A DNA stretch of 64,000 nucleotides from an uncultured Planctomycetaceae bacterium (GTDB lineage Bacteria > Planctomycetota > Planctomycetia > Isosphaerales > Isosphaeraceae): positions 1,984,001-2,048,000 of the forward strand of contig CAWIAD010000001.1 of NCBI GenBank assembly GCA_963833985.1. Direction: 5' to 3'. A program made the position numbers and the translations under genes. Position 1 is the stretch's first letter. Each line of letters opens with the position of its first letter. The notes below the pieces were generated by a model. It was given only the letters and a program-made list of their open reading frames with translations. It was not told the DNA's origin and made no database searches. Below, in pieces: positions 10,578 to 20,420 of the stretch.

Positions 10578-10846
10578 CGGCCTGGCGAAGGCGGCAGCCG
10601 GGTCGGCACATGTTCTGCATCGTCAAGATTCCGAGCCTCTCCCGCCTCGTCGGCCCGGTGCGGGCTTTGATCGGTGCGGTGAACTTTTCAGAAAAGTCTC
10701 TCAGCATTGTGAGTATCGGCGTCGTAGAATCAGTGTGAGCCACGGCGACACGGACGGCCGGCGGACATCGATACGCTGACCCCGCAGATTGCCGACCGGG
10801 ATGGACCCGATCACCACTCTGGCCTTCAGGCCAAGGAGGGATTGGT

Positions 10847-11086
10847 ATGTCGGCTCGAGCGCACCGAGGATCACTTCAGTCCCTCGAGCTCCCACCGGAG
10901 TTCGAGGACCTGACGGGGGTTATCCAGAACGACCTCAAGGTCATCGTCTCGATCCTGGCCGATCGCGCCTCGGAGCGGTTGCTGCTGTCGCCGCGACAGT
11001 CGGCACAGCTTCGACGTTCGCTCTGGAACAGCTTGACCGCGACGATCACCGAGACCCTTGAGCCGTTCTCGGTGGAACATCGCTGA
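10847..11086 (+). CDS. Small hypothetical protein
   Basis: Strong RBS (AAGGAGG) before ATG; 79 aa, helical composition. Confidence 0.6.
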   Translation: MSARAHRGSLQSLELPPEFEDLTGVIQNDLKVIVSILADRASERLLLSPRQSAQLRRSLWNSLTATITETLEPFSVEHR

Positions 11087-11169
11087 ACCGCGCCGCGAAT
11101 TGGGGCCGGCAAGCAGGCCTTTGCCAGTCGGCGGCGGGATGGTTCCAGAGGCGTCGCAGGAACACGACC

Positions 11170-11838
11170 ATGGCGCGAATCATCCTTGGAGTGACGGGCT
11201 CGGTGGCGGCCATCCGGACGCCTGAACTCTTCGCGGCGCTGCGAGCCCAGAAACATCTCGTGCGCGTGGTCGCCACCGAGCCGTCGCTTTACTTCTTTGA
11301 TCCCGGCCAGCTTGCCGCCAAGAAGGAAAAGCCGGTGGACGACGAGCCGGCCGACCCCGTCTACCGCGACCGCGATGAATGGCCGGGCCTGCGCTACCGC
11401 CGCGGAGATCCTGTCCTGCACATCGAGTACCGCAACTGGGCCGAGCTGCTGGTCATCGCTCCGCTGGACGCCAACACCCTGGCCAAGCTAGCGCTCGGGC
11501 TGTGCGACAACTTCCTGACCTGCCTGTTCCGCGCCTGGGACTTCTCAAGGCCCGTCATCCTGGCCCCGGCCATGAACACCCTGATGTGGAACAGTCCGCT
11601 CACCGGTCGCCATCTCGGGCAAGTGCTGATGGATCGCGGCGGGCTCGCGGCGCTGCCGGAAAACTGGGACCTGGAATCCGCTCCGGAGCACTTCGCGCGT
11701 CATGCCCCGCGGGTCGTGCTCATCCCTCCCCAGGCCAAGGAACTTGCCTGTGGCGATGTCGGCATGGGTGCCATGGGCGAAGTCTCGACGATCGCCGAGG
11801 TCGTTCGCCGCTGCTTTGAAACGGAGCCAGTCAAGTAA
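11170..11838 (+). CDS. Flavoprotein, phosphopantothenoylcysteine decarboxylase (stand-alone CoaC/HAL3-like)
   Basis: IILGVTGSVAA, VLHIE..NWA, APLDANTLAKLALGLCDN, PAMNTLMW, LACGDVGMGAM. Confidence 0.85.
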   Translation: MARIILGVTGSVAAIRTPELFAALRAQKHLVRVVATEPSLYFFDPGQLAAKKEKPVDDEPADPVYRDRDEWPGLRYRRGDPVLHIEYRNWAELLVIAPLDANTLAKLALGLCDNFLTCLFRAWDFSRPVILAPAMNTLMWNSPLTGRHLGQVLMDRGGLAALPENWDLESAPEHFARHAPRVVLIPPQAKELACGDVGMGAMGEVSTIAEVVRRCFETEPVK

Positions 11839-11956
11839 AGGCTTACCGCCCGCCGCCAGCCAGTTTTTTCCCGCCACTGTTCCTGTCGCCACCCTGCTGG
11901 ACCGGCTGGAAAACCTCACATCCTGCATCGGCACGCACCCGGCTCGCTGCTGAATT

Positions 11957-12096
11957 TGAGCAGATCCGCAGAAGTCTTTTGGCAGGATTGCAGTTCGCTT
12001 GCCCGGGGGCTGAGGGCCCTGCCTGACCGCTCTCCTTGTGGGGTACGATTCCAATCGTGCCATTCCTGGTCCATCAGATAGAAGAAGTGACACCAT
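11957..12096. repeat. Left half of a REP-containing, inverted-repeat-bounded element (family A) interrupted by the group II intron
   Basis: Aligns with 53054-53222; contains GTGGGGTACGATTCCAATCGTGCCA. Confidence 0.85.
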
Positions 12097-12260
12097 GTAG
12101 AGTCGAGGTGTGGCGCGGTGGGCTCGAGTCGATGGCTCGGCTGGGCCTCGTTTCCACACCCCGCTCATCAAACTGGACGGGCGGTTTTCCCGCATCCAGC
12201 TTTCGGACAAGGCTTGTCTCATCGGTTGAGTTCACACGTTCGCTCACGAAACCATCGCGG

Positions 12261-12860
12261 CTAGGTTCGTTGCAGCTGGTAAAGATGCAACTCCTGGTGC
12301 AGGTATCTGTCAGGGTAGCGTCTGAGCCCCTGACCCGGCACCTTGAACTTCGCACACAACCACTGACGTACCCGGTAGCGGACGTGGTGGTTGACTTGGC
12401 GATAGGCTGGGCTCACCGTTCCGATGCGAAAATAGTTGGACCAACCGCGTAACTTGCGATTGATCCGACCAATCTGCATCTCGACGTCCTGTCCAGTGGT
12501 CTGGCGCGTCGTCATCGCACTGATCTCGCTGCACAGCCGAATGATCTTCTTCCGCGATGGGCGTGACCCTATGTAGGATCGGCCCGTTCGTCGGTCGTAG
12601 TTCCGGCCGAGGGTATAACCCAGAAAGTCGAACGTCTCCTCAGGCAGGTGGCACAGCCGCGTCTTGGTCTCGTTCACCGTTAACTTCAGCCTGGACATCA
12701 TCTTCCGCATCACCGTCATGGCCTCTTCGGCCGTGCCGCGACAGCAGATGACGAAGTCGTCCGCATAGTTGACGATTCGCGCGACCAGACGCCGCTCGTG
12801 TCCACCAGTCTTCCATCCCTTCACAAATCGTCGCATGTAGATGTTGGACAACAATGGTGA
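12261..12860 (-). pseudogene. ltrA: Group II intron RT/maturase, C-terminal half (YADD and domain X; no En domain)
   Basis: SPLLSNIYM...IVNYADDFVI...FDFLGY...LRGWSNYF; separated from its N-half by the insertion. Confidence 0.92.
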
Positions 12861-14514
12861 GATCACGCCCCCAACAATGTTGCGAACTACGTTGTTGGGG
12901 GCCTTTCTCAAAAGGGGACGGACTGACCCGATACACGATGCGGACCTCCTGCTCGTCGATCTCGACCTTCTTCACCAAGGCCCGAACCACCTCCCGTCGC
13001 GTGGCCCAGTCCGGCTCTTGCAACCCTTGCGAGACGCGACGTGCGAACTCCTCCAACTGACCGATCACCAGTCGCAATTCCGCCTCTTGGGCGGCCTCGC
13101 CGATTCGTTGTCGATGCTCCTCCGCCAATCTCGAGAGGCGCGTCCTTGCCGCCGAGATCCGGGGCTCGAACTCCGATTTGTCGAGCAACCCGTCGCCGTA
13201 AGCATCGATTAATCGAGAAATCATCTTTTTCACATTATTTATCAATTTGCCGAGATGCTCCACCTCCTGATTCGGCCCGCCCTGGGCACCCTGCAGCCGC
13301 CGCTCGTACTCCTCCCGGACCCGCTCCGGCTCGGACAGGAGACCTCGTAAGTCCTCCCAGACGGCAGCGTCAAGGATATCGGTGCGGATCTGCTTGTTCC
13401 AGCAGAGGCGCTGCCCGCCGAAACGATAGGCGTCAGAGCCCGTGCAACGGTAGTACGCGTAGCGGACCCTACCCTTGCCCTCGAACGCGGCTCGGCTCGT
13501 CGGCTTGCCGTAGCAGCCGTAGCCGCAGCGCTTGCAGACGACCAGGCCCTGGAGCAGATATCGGCCACCGCCGGGCCGGTCGCGACGGCGTTGCCGGTTC
13601 TCTTCAAGCTGGGCCTGGACAGCCAGGAAGAGGTCTTCGCTCACCAGCCCGGGGACTTCAATGAAGATTTGATCTTCCGAGGATGTATCAACCCGTGAGA
13701 CCGGTCGCCGGGAGTGTTCGGGGCGGCCTCGCTGCGGGCGGAGGCGTTGAGGTTTGAACTCACCTGAGCGCGTCTTGCCGAAGGCCGCGGTCCCCTTGTA
13801 GGCAGGGTTCTTGAGGATCAACCAGACCGTCGCGCGATCCCAGGCCGATTTCCCGGTCCGCGTCGGGATACTGTCGCGCCGGAGGCGTCGGCACACCTCG
13901 CCGATCGAGCACCGTTCCTGACCCACCCATTCGAAGATCTTCCGCACGACCCGGGACTCTTCAGCGAGGACCTGATAACGCGCCTCGCCACCTCCCTCGT
14001 GCTTGCCGATGTAACGGTAGCCGTACGGCGCGCCGCTGAGGACGTTGACCGAACCGCGGCGGGCGGCGTGTTGCTTGCCCCTGCGGCAACGCTCCATGAT
14101 CTTGGCGCGCTCGTATTCCGCGATCATTCCCTGGACCTGAAGCAGCAGGTCGGCTTCCGGACTGCGGCCGACGGGGTTGCGCAAGAAGACGACCTCGACA
14201 CCGCACCGGATAAGTTCCTCAAGGATCAAGACCTGATAGGCATACTTGCGTGAAAGTCGATCCGGATCGAGCATATAGAGGCGGTCGATGGCTCCAGCGG
14301 CGGCTTGGTCCCGAAGTCGCTCGAGTGCCGGTCGGGCCAGGATGTAACCGCTGACGCCGTCGTCCACGAAGTGCAGTTCGGGCTCGCATTCCAAGCCATC
14401 AGTGGCGATCCGCTGAGTGACCGCCTCGAGCTGGCTGGCGATCGTGTCCTCCTTCTCCTGCTGCTCCCCCGAAACCCGGGCGTAGAGCGCCACGCGGAGA
14501 TTGTCCGTGATCAT
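12640..14514 (-). CDS. Large serine recombinase (resolvase, recombinase, Zn-ribbon and coiled-coil domains)
   Basis: ALYARVS (catalytic Ser15), DDGVSG, RPALERL, DRLSRK, AEYER, GAPYGY, ILKNPAYKG, LLQGLVVCKRCG...YYRC. The ORF runs past the element end into intron sequence. Confidence 0.95.
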   Translation of the reverse strand: MITDNLRVALYARVSGEQQEKEDTIASQLEAVTQRIATDGLECEPELHFVDDGVSGYILARPALERLRDQAAAGAIDRLYMLDPDRLSRKYAYQVLILEELIRCGVEVVFLRNPVGRSPEADLLLQVQGMIAEYERAKIMERCRRGKQHAARRGSVNVLSGAPYGYRYIGKHEGGGEARYQVLAEESRVVRKIFEWVGQERCSIGEVCRRLRRDSIPTRTGKSAWDRATVWLILKNPAYKGTAAFGKTRSGEFKPQRLRPQRGRPEHSRRPVSRVDTSSEDQIFIEVPGLVSEDLFLAVQAQLEENRQRRRDRPGGGRYLLQGLVVCKRCGYGCYGKPTSRAAFEGKGRVRYAYYRCTGSDAYRFGGQRLCWNKQIRTDILDAAVWEDLRGLLSEPERVREEYERRLQGAQGGPNQEVEHLGKLINNVKKMISRLIDAYGDGLLDKSEFEPRISAARTRLSRLAEEHRQRIGEAAQEAELRLVIGQLEEFARRVSQGLQEPDWATRREVVRALVKKVEIDEQEVRIVYRVSPSPFEKGPQQRSSQHCWGRDLTIVVQHLHATICEGMEDWWTRAASGRANRQLCGRLRHLLSRHGRRGHDGDAEDDVQAEVNGERDQDAAVPPA

Positions 14515-14879
14515 GGTTTGTCAAACCCCCCCGACCTTGGACTGGATAGTGTGGACCACAGTCGCGTGGTTGCGGCTGGGTCGCGGCCGATCCAGGCGCT
14601 GCGAAACGACCGGGATCAAGACCTGATATGCACGCGCGATCAATTGCTCCTGAAGCCGAGTGAACTCGAAGTGGCGGGTGACAGGAGGACTGAACGTGGG
14701 CCTCCGTGGGGACGTGATCATGTCGACTCCTCCTCTCCGAGAGCGCGGCCGCCAGCCTGCCTTGGATCGGGATCGAGTCGGGGCTGCCATCCGTGCCCGT
14801 ACTTCGGTCGAAGCCGCGATCTGGAAATGACAGAGTCAGGAATCAGGGACGATTTTGCAACATTGTTGGGGGCGTGATC
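12861..14879 (-). mobile_element. Minimal large-serine-recombinase element with 23-bp perfect terminal inverted repeats and GATC core
   Basis: GATCACGCCCCCAACAATGTTGC (12861-12883) and GCAACATTGTTGGGGGCGTGATC (14857-14879); removal rejoins the RT in frame. Confidence 0.93.
14521..14721 (-). CDS. Small basic protein upstream of the recombinase (candidate accessory/directionality factor)
   Basis: GGAGGAG RBS before ATG at 14721; 66 aa MITSPRRP...RAYQVLIPVV...; ends 6 nt before the recombinase start. Confidence 0.6.
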   Translation of the reverse strand: MITSPRRPTFSPPVTRHFEFTRLQEQLIARAYQVLIPVVSQRLDRPRPSRNHATVVHTIQSKVGGV

Positions 14880-15574
14880 GGTGCACCTTGCGGTGTACCC
14901 ATCCCCTGGTCTTTATTCCGGGTCGTTCGATGGCGCTGCCCCTTCCCGTCGGTTTCTTCCACCGGTGTTTCCAGCCACATCTTGATCAGCCGCAGGACGC
15001 GACCGTCGCTGATGCGCCGTGACGCCGATTTCATTAACTCGGAATGGGGTATGCTATCGAAATATCCAGATAAGTCCGCGTCCACCACCTCGGTGTGCCC
15101 CGTCTTGAGCAGCCGTTCGACTTCGCGGACGGCGTCCAGGGCGCTGCGCTCCGGGCGGTAGGCGTGTTGTTCCGGCTCCAGGTCGGCCTCGAAGATCGGC
15201 TCCAAGACCAGCACCGCAGCCATCTGCACCACACGATCCTTGATGCAAGGAATGCCCAGCGGCCTTTGCTTGCCGTCCCCTTTGGGGATGTACACGCGCC
15301 GCACCGCCTGGGGTTGATACGTCTCCTTACGAAGTTGTTCCGCCAGTTCGTCCAGCCATCGTTCCTTCCCGGACGCCTCGATGTCGGCGAAACTCTGGCC
15401 GTCGATCCCCGGCGCGCCGCCGTTGGCACGGCAGCGTTCGTAGGCGAATCCCAGAACGTCACGTCGATAAATCTTGTCGTACAGGACGTAGAACCGATAG
15501 TTGGGCGCGTTCTTCGCTTTGGTGTGCAACGCCGTCTGCAACTTCCCGACCTTCAGTGGAGGTGATAGACTCAC
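14876..15574 (-). pseudogene. ltrA: Group II intron RT/maturase, N-terminal half (RT0-RT4)
   Basis: RFYVLYDKI, ANGGAPGIDG, YIPKGDGKQRPLGIP, VVDADLSGYFDSIPH, GTPQGAPI then the element junction. Confidence 0.92.
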
Positions 15575-16105
15575 GCCAATCTCCCGGCTGTCTGCCGCTT
15601 GTTGCGTTGACCTTGAACCAAGGCCCCTTCCCTCGACCGGAGTTACCCGGCGTCGACGGTACTACGGGCCTCTCCGCCACCCCAGGCAGCCCGGCCGGTC
15701 CCTCGCGGGCGTCCGGTTGAGGGTCACGCGCCCTCACCGCTTGGGGTTTCCCGTGTTGTGTTGATCTCCGTGTGCCGACATGCCGTCGTCAATACCCCGG
15801 TGGCCCGCTGGGTTCTGATCGCTCGTGGGGCGGCCTATTCCAACCGTTTCCCTTTCATCCCCAGCGACGGCGGCCTTCCCCATATTCCAGCAAGGTCGGC
15901 GACCACATTGGACTTTTCGAGGCCTGCTCAACGTTCACTCGCGTTACGGCCTGTCGGTTCGCTGCATCGCCAAGCGACACATCTGTCTCGAAGGCTCCGA
16001 CGGTTTCGTCTCCTCCACCGCCGCTCCGATAGCTACCGGCTGGAGCGACCCAGTTGCCGGGTGGGAGTTACACCCACTGAAGACCAACACCTTTCCACGG
16101 CGCAC

Positions 16106-16238
16106 GGGAGTCGTGTCCCACGAGGTGATTGAATTGACACGATTGGGTATCGTGGCCCACAAGGAGCGGCCTGCCGGTCATCCAGGATCGCATCAACCTG
16201 CTGAATGCCTGTCAAAGAACGATTGCGAACCTGCTTAG
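16106..16238. repeat. Right half of the family A element interrupted by the intron
   Basis: Aligns with 53223-53313 (GAGCGGCCT.CCGGTCATCCAGGATCGCATCAACCT...GATTGCGAACCTG); carries two reverse REP units. Confidence 0.85.
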
Positions 16239-16437
16239 ACTTTCTTTCAAGTTGTGCCGATGAGCCGAGTCTCGCCGGAGAAATCGGTAACACCGGCATT
16301 TTCTCTCCAGCCAGCCGAGCCACCGCGCCGATTCAACGGGTGGCATGGAGCGCGAAAGCTTCTCCGTTCCGCGTTTTGCAGGCAGGAACCTGCATGCAAC
16401 CGCGGTCAGAATGAATTCGGGGAGGGCGAGCCTCGCG

Positions 16438-18291
16438 ATGAGAACCATCAGGGTTCTTCGGTACGCCTCGACGTCCGCCGTTCAGATCGCGTGCTTGCTT
16501 GCCTTGCAACCCTGCGCGAACGGCCAGGAGGCTCAGGCCGCGCCACACGAGAATGCACAGCCCCCCGGTGCGGCTCCCTTCCGCGACGACATCAATGATC
16601 GCCTCCGGCGCATGGAGGAAGCGAACAACAAGCTGCTCCGCCAGTTTGACAGGATCCTCAAGCAGAACGATGACCTGTCGCGCGCCAACCACGAGCTTTC
16701 CAGGGAGAACAAGACGCTTTCCACGAAATTCACGGATATGTCCAGAAAGCTGGACGATCTCGAAAAGAAGCAGAAAGAAGCGAAGGAAAAGAAAGAAAAA
16801 GAGGACCAGGAGAAAAAAAACAAGGAAGAGAAGGATAAGTCGGAAAAACAGGGGGGAGGGTCGCAAGATAAGGGCGGCTCAGAATTTGAGGAGGCCGGCC
16901 GAAGATCGGGCGACGCCGAATCAGGTGGGCATGCCCGGGGCGGCGGTCTTGATCGGGGCCGGAACGCGCAGCTTGTCGGCAATCGGAACCTTGGTAAGCT
17001 GCCCTTGACGGTCCGGTACAACTACGAGCACGAAGGTCTGCAATTCACCACCGACGACGACGAGCTTTCGCTGAAGATACGCGTCATGCTGCAGGCCGAC
17101 TGGCGGCAGTACCAGCAGGCGAATTCCGATCCGGTGTCCAGCGGTTTCTTTCTGCCCCGAGCGCGTTTCTATTTCACGGGGCACATCACCCGGCCCATCG
17201 AATACAACATCTCGTTTCAGCGCTCGTACAACACCTTGAACCTGCTCAACGCATTCGTCAATTTTAACTACGACCAGCGAGTCCAGTTCCGCTTTGGACG
17301 CTTCAAGACACCGTTCACCTATGAATTCTTCAAGCTTCACGTCTGGCAGCTCATGGCACCGGAACGCTCTCTCTTCACCGACAATTTCCAGGGCGGCCGG
17401 CAAATTGGCTTCATGGGCACGGGGGACCTGCTTGATCGCCGCCTGGAGTACGCGGCCGGCATCTTCAACGGGCCAAGGCGGTCGTTCACGGACTACAACA
17501 GCTCCAAGGACTTCATGGCACTGCTCAACTTCACGCCCTTCGAAAACCAGGAGAATTCGCCGCTCCGCGGCCTGAATTTCGGCGGGTCGGTCGATTATGG
17601 CAACCAGACCAACCCGCTCACGCCGGTTGCGCTCAGGACGTCGTCCAATCCCTCGGAAGAGACTCTCGACGGCAACACAGCCGTCAATAACGCTGCGGTG
17701 CCTTTCCTGATATTCAACTCCAACGCCCGCGAAGTGGGCCTGCGCGCCCTGTGGGAGCTGCACACCGCCTATTACTACAAGGGGCTGTCGCTCATCGGTG
17801 CATGGGATAGCGGCTTCGACAGCTACGCCCTGAGCAAATCCGCGAGCTCCAGCGGCTTCAGCGGCAGCGCCCTGAGCTCCAGCGCCGGCCCGACCGGCCG
17901 GCCGGTGCGCATCCCCATTAATGGCTGGTTCGCGCAGGCAGGCTACCTGCTCACCGGCGAGACCCTGATCGACCGTACGGTGATCGACCCGCTGCGGCCC
18001 TTTGACCTGCGCCGCGGCCGGGTCGGACCCGGAGCCTGGGAGATCACCGGGCGCTACAGCGCCCTGGCGCTCGGCAGCCAGGTCTTCACCGGCGGATTTG
18101 CCGACCCCAACCTCTGGACGAACCGGGTTCAGATGGTGGACGTCGGCCTCAACTGGTATCTGAACCGATGGATGAAGATCTACTTCGACTGGGAGCACGC
18201 GATGTTCGCCGAGCCGGTCCTCTACAAACCGGGTCCGAACCTGCAACGGACCAGCGACCTGTTCTGGCTGCGCATGCAGATCTACTTCTGA
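16438..18291 (+). CDS. Phosphate-selective porin OprO/OprP family protein with N-terminal coiled coil
   Basis: Signal peptide, K/E-rich coiled coil, FFLPRARFYFTG, GRFKTPF, PERS, GAWEITGRYS, VGLNWYLN, terminal ...RMQIYF. Confidence 0.85.
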   Translation: MRTIRVLRYASTSAVQIACLLALQPCANGQEAQAAPHENAQPPGAAPFRDDINDRLRRMEEANNKLLRQFDRILKQNDDLSRANHELSRENKTLSTKFTDMSRKLDDLEKKQKEAKEKKEKEDQEKKNKEEKDKSEKQGGGSQDKGGSEFEEAGRRSGDAESGGHARGGGLDRGRNAQLVGNRNLGKLPLTVRYNYEHEGLQFTTDDDELSLKIRVMLQADWRQYQQANSDPVSSGFFLPRARFYFTGHITRPIEYNISFQRSYNTLNLLNAFVNFNYDQRVQFRFGRFKTPFTYEFFKLHVWQLMAPERSLFTDNFQGGRQIGFMGTGDLLDRRLEYAAGIFNGPRRSFTDYNSSKDFMALLNFTPFENQENSPLRGLNFGGSVDYGNQTNPLTPVALRTSSNPSEETLDGNTAVNNAAVPFLIFNSNAREVGLRALWELHTAYYYKGLSLIGAWDSGFDSYALSKSASSSGFSGSALSSSAGPTGRPVRIPINGWFAQAGYLLTGETLIDRTVIDPLRPFDLRRGRVGPGAWEITGRYSALALGSQVFTGGFADPNLWTNRVQMVDVGLNWYLNRWMKIYFDWEHAMFAEPVLYKPGPNLQRTSDLFWLRMQIYF

Positions 18292-18339
18292 AAAGAAACT
18301 CTTTTCCGCAGCATCCGAGTACTGTTTTATGACGGCTCT

Positions 18340-19804
18340 CTACCTGTCCCGGTCGCTGACGCTCAGGATGCGGCTCCGGAGCGAGGCAATCCAGTCCTGC
18401 CCCTTGATCGGCGTGCGCGTGGCCAGGGCGGCGTCGACCTGCGCCGTGGAAGGATGGCCGGCACGCTCGCATTCCAGCCCTCTCTCCGCGAGCTTCCGGG
18501 CCTCTCCCTTCCAGTCGCCGCTCGTCAATCCTTCGGCCAGTGCCGAGAGGTACCAGACGCGGGCATCGTTGGCCTGCGCGGCCTGCAAGCGCAGGAAGAC
18601 TTCCCGCGCGGTGGCATACTGGCCGCGTTCCAGCAGACTGATGCCAAGGTCCATTGTCGGGCTCGTGCCGGAGTCAGCTCCCCCGGCCGACCCGCGCCGA
18701 GTCGCCGGGTGGAAGCGTGATGCCCGGCGTTCCTCCACGCGGCGAGCCCTCCTGCACGGCTTCGATGCGTCCGCGGATCGTCTTCAGCTCTTCTTGAAGC
18801 GTCTCCAGCCGGTTGTCGTAGTGGCGGACTCTGGCGGGGAGCGAGGCCAGCTCATCCATCTCCCGGGTCAATTCGCTCATCTTGATCTGGAGGGTGTGCA
18901 GCACCGGGGGCGTCTCATCCTTGGGACGGCTGACTCGGTCGATGCGCTCGCCCAGGCGGTCCACGCGCTGCATCAGGTCCATGATCTGCCGCTTCAGGGT
19001 CTCGGCGTCCTCGGCGGAGGTGAAACCAGGGATCGCCGAAGAGTTCGAGGACTGCGAGTTCGACTCCTTGCCGGACTCCTTGCTCGACCCGCTTCCGGAT
19101 CCCTGCTTCGATTTCGATTGGTTCTTCGAGCCGGACTCGTTCTTGCTCTTGGATTGATCCGAGGAGGAATCGTTCGATTTGGAGCCAAAGAAGTACGAGT
19201 AGCCAACAGCCCCCAGCACGCCAAAGAGGAGCGCGACACCAGCCGTGATCATCAGGTTCTTCATCATCGAGGGCTGCTTGCCCCTGGGCTTGCCGGAGCG
19301 GTCCTCGCGATCTTCCTCGTCCCGGTCATCGCCCTCGTCCCGGCCCTGATCGTTCTTCTTCTTTTTTTCGCCCTGGCTCGCGCCGTGCTTGCCGTTTCCT
19401 TGCTTCGAATGGCCCTTCTGGTCCTGACCCTTGCCACCGCCGGAATCATCCCGCTGATTGCCGCGGCCGCCCTCCCTGTCCTTCTCTTTCCCCCGAGGGC
19501 CCGGCGACCCGGATTCCTCGCCATCCTCTTCATTCGAGGAGTCATCATCCCGGGACCGCTCGCTTCGATGTCCCGGCCGGTCCTCGATCACTACGGCGCG
19601 GACACCCGGCAGATACAGCGGGCTGGTCTCGCTGACCTGCGTGGTCTCCATACGCGTGGTCGTGTCCGGGTGCGTCTTCCAGTCCGACGGATGCTCGACG
19701 GCGGACTGGATCTCAGGATCGAGAGTGGTGATGGTGTGTGGGCCGCCGGATTCCTGCTGCCGCGATGACTTGCCGCTACGTTCCTGGGTTTCTTCGTCGG
19801 CCAT
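18340..19804 (-). CDS. Membrane-anchored low-complexity/coiled-coil protein with C-terminal TPR-like domain; frameshift near 18700-18740
   Basis: ORFs 18674..19804 (charged region, one TM, Ser-rich linker, coiled coil) and 18340..18738 (LERGQYATAREVF...VWYLSALA) overlap in different frames. Confidence 0.6.
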
Positions 19805-19961
19805 CGAACAATGTCCTTCACCTGGTAAGGAACGCTTGCGTTGCCTCTTCAGTCACCGCGCAAGCGACTTCCGCGCAACAACGATGCGATTCCCGACGCG
19901 TCTGCTGGGAGATGTTGTTTTGCGAATTCCGTGCCGAACCAGCACTGCCGGTGAGTCGCGC

Positions 19962-20420
19962 TCAGGCCCGGGTCACCCTCCGGTAGGTCAGCGCGGCGAT
20001 CACACCGCCCGCGAGAGCGGCCGCGACGATGAGCCAGGCGAAACGGCCCGACCACCGGCGCGGTCTGTCCGGCTGATGAACTTGCGGCACCGGTTCAGTC
20101 AAACGGGTTGCGCGGGCCACGGCCTGCGGCTCCCAGGGCCAGCCCAGCTCCGCGATGGCACTCAGCTCGGGAATGGCGAAAGAGAGCGGCGCCGGCGCGC
20201 TCATCTGGCTGGTGAGCAGGCTCCAGCTCGCCTCTGGATGTTGCATCCACTGAGGTTGGTGCGCCGCGATCAGCGTGACGGCCGGGTCGGTCGTCGCCAC
20301 CGACTGGATCATTCTCGGTTCCGCGCCGCCGGGACCAGTCCCACGACCATCACCGCCGGCAGCACCATGCTCCGGCTCCGCGGACGGCCCGGTTCCCTTT
20401 GCCTGTTCGTCATGGTCCAT
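19962..20420 (-). CDS. Hypothetical protein with C-terminal membrane anchor
   Basis: Pro/Ala-rich ORF ending FAWLIVAAALAGGVIAALTYRR; GAGG upstream of ATG. Confidence 0.5.
   Translation of the reverse strand: MDHDEQAKGTGPSAEPEHGAAGGDGRGTGPGGAEPRMIQSVATTDPAVTLIAAHQPQWMQHPEASWSLLTSQMSAPAPLSFAIPELSAIAELGWPWEPQAVARATRLTEPVPQVHQPDRPRRWSGRFAWLIVAAALAGGVIAALTYRRVTRA

Larger units (their letters stand above)
12097..16105 (-). mobile_element. Group II intron (ribozyme plus RT/maturase ORF), interrupted by a serine-recombinase element
   Basis: Minus-strand 5' end GTGCGCC at 16105; domain V AAGCTGGATGCGGGAAAACCGCCCGTCCAGTTT (about 12202-12170) with AGC triad; domain VI stem ending ...GACTCTAC at 12097; RT ORF inside. 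Confidence 0.92.

Noticed and set aside
12261..15574. RT plus recombinase as a retron, DGR or defence RT system
   Set aside because: Group II intron 5' end, domain V/VI and maturase domain are present, and the recombinase is a separate insertion with its own ends.
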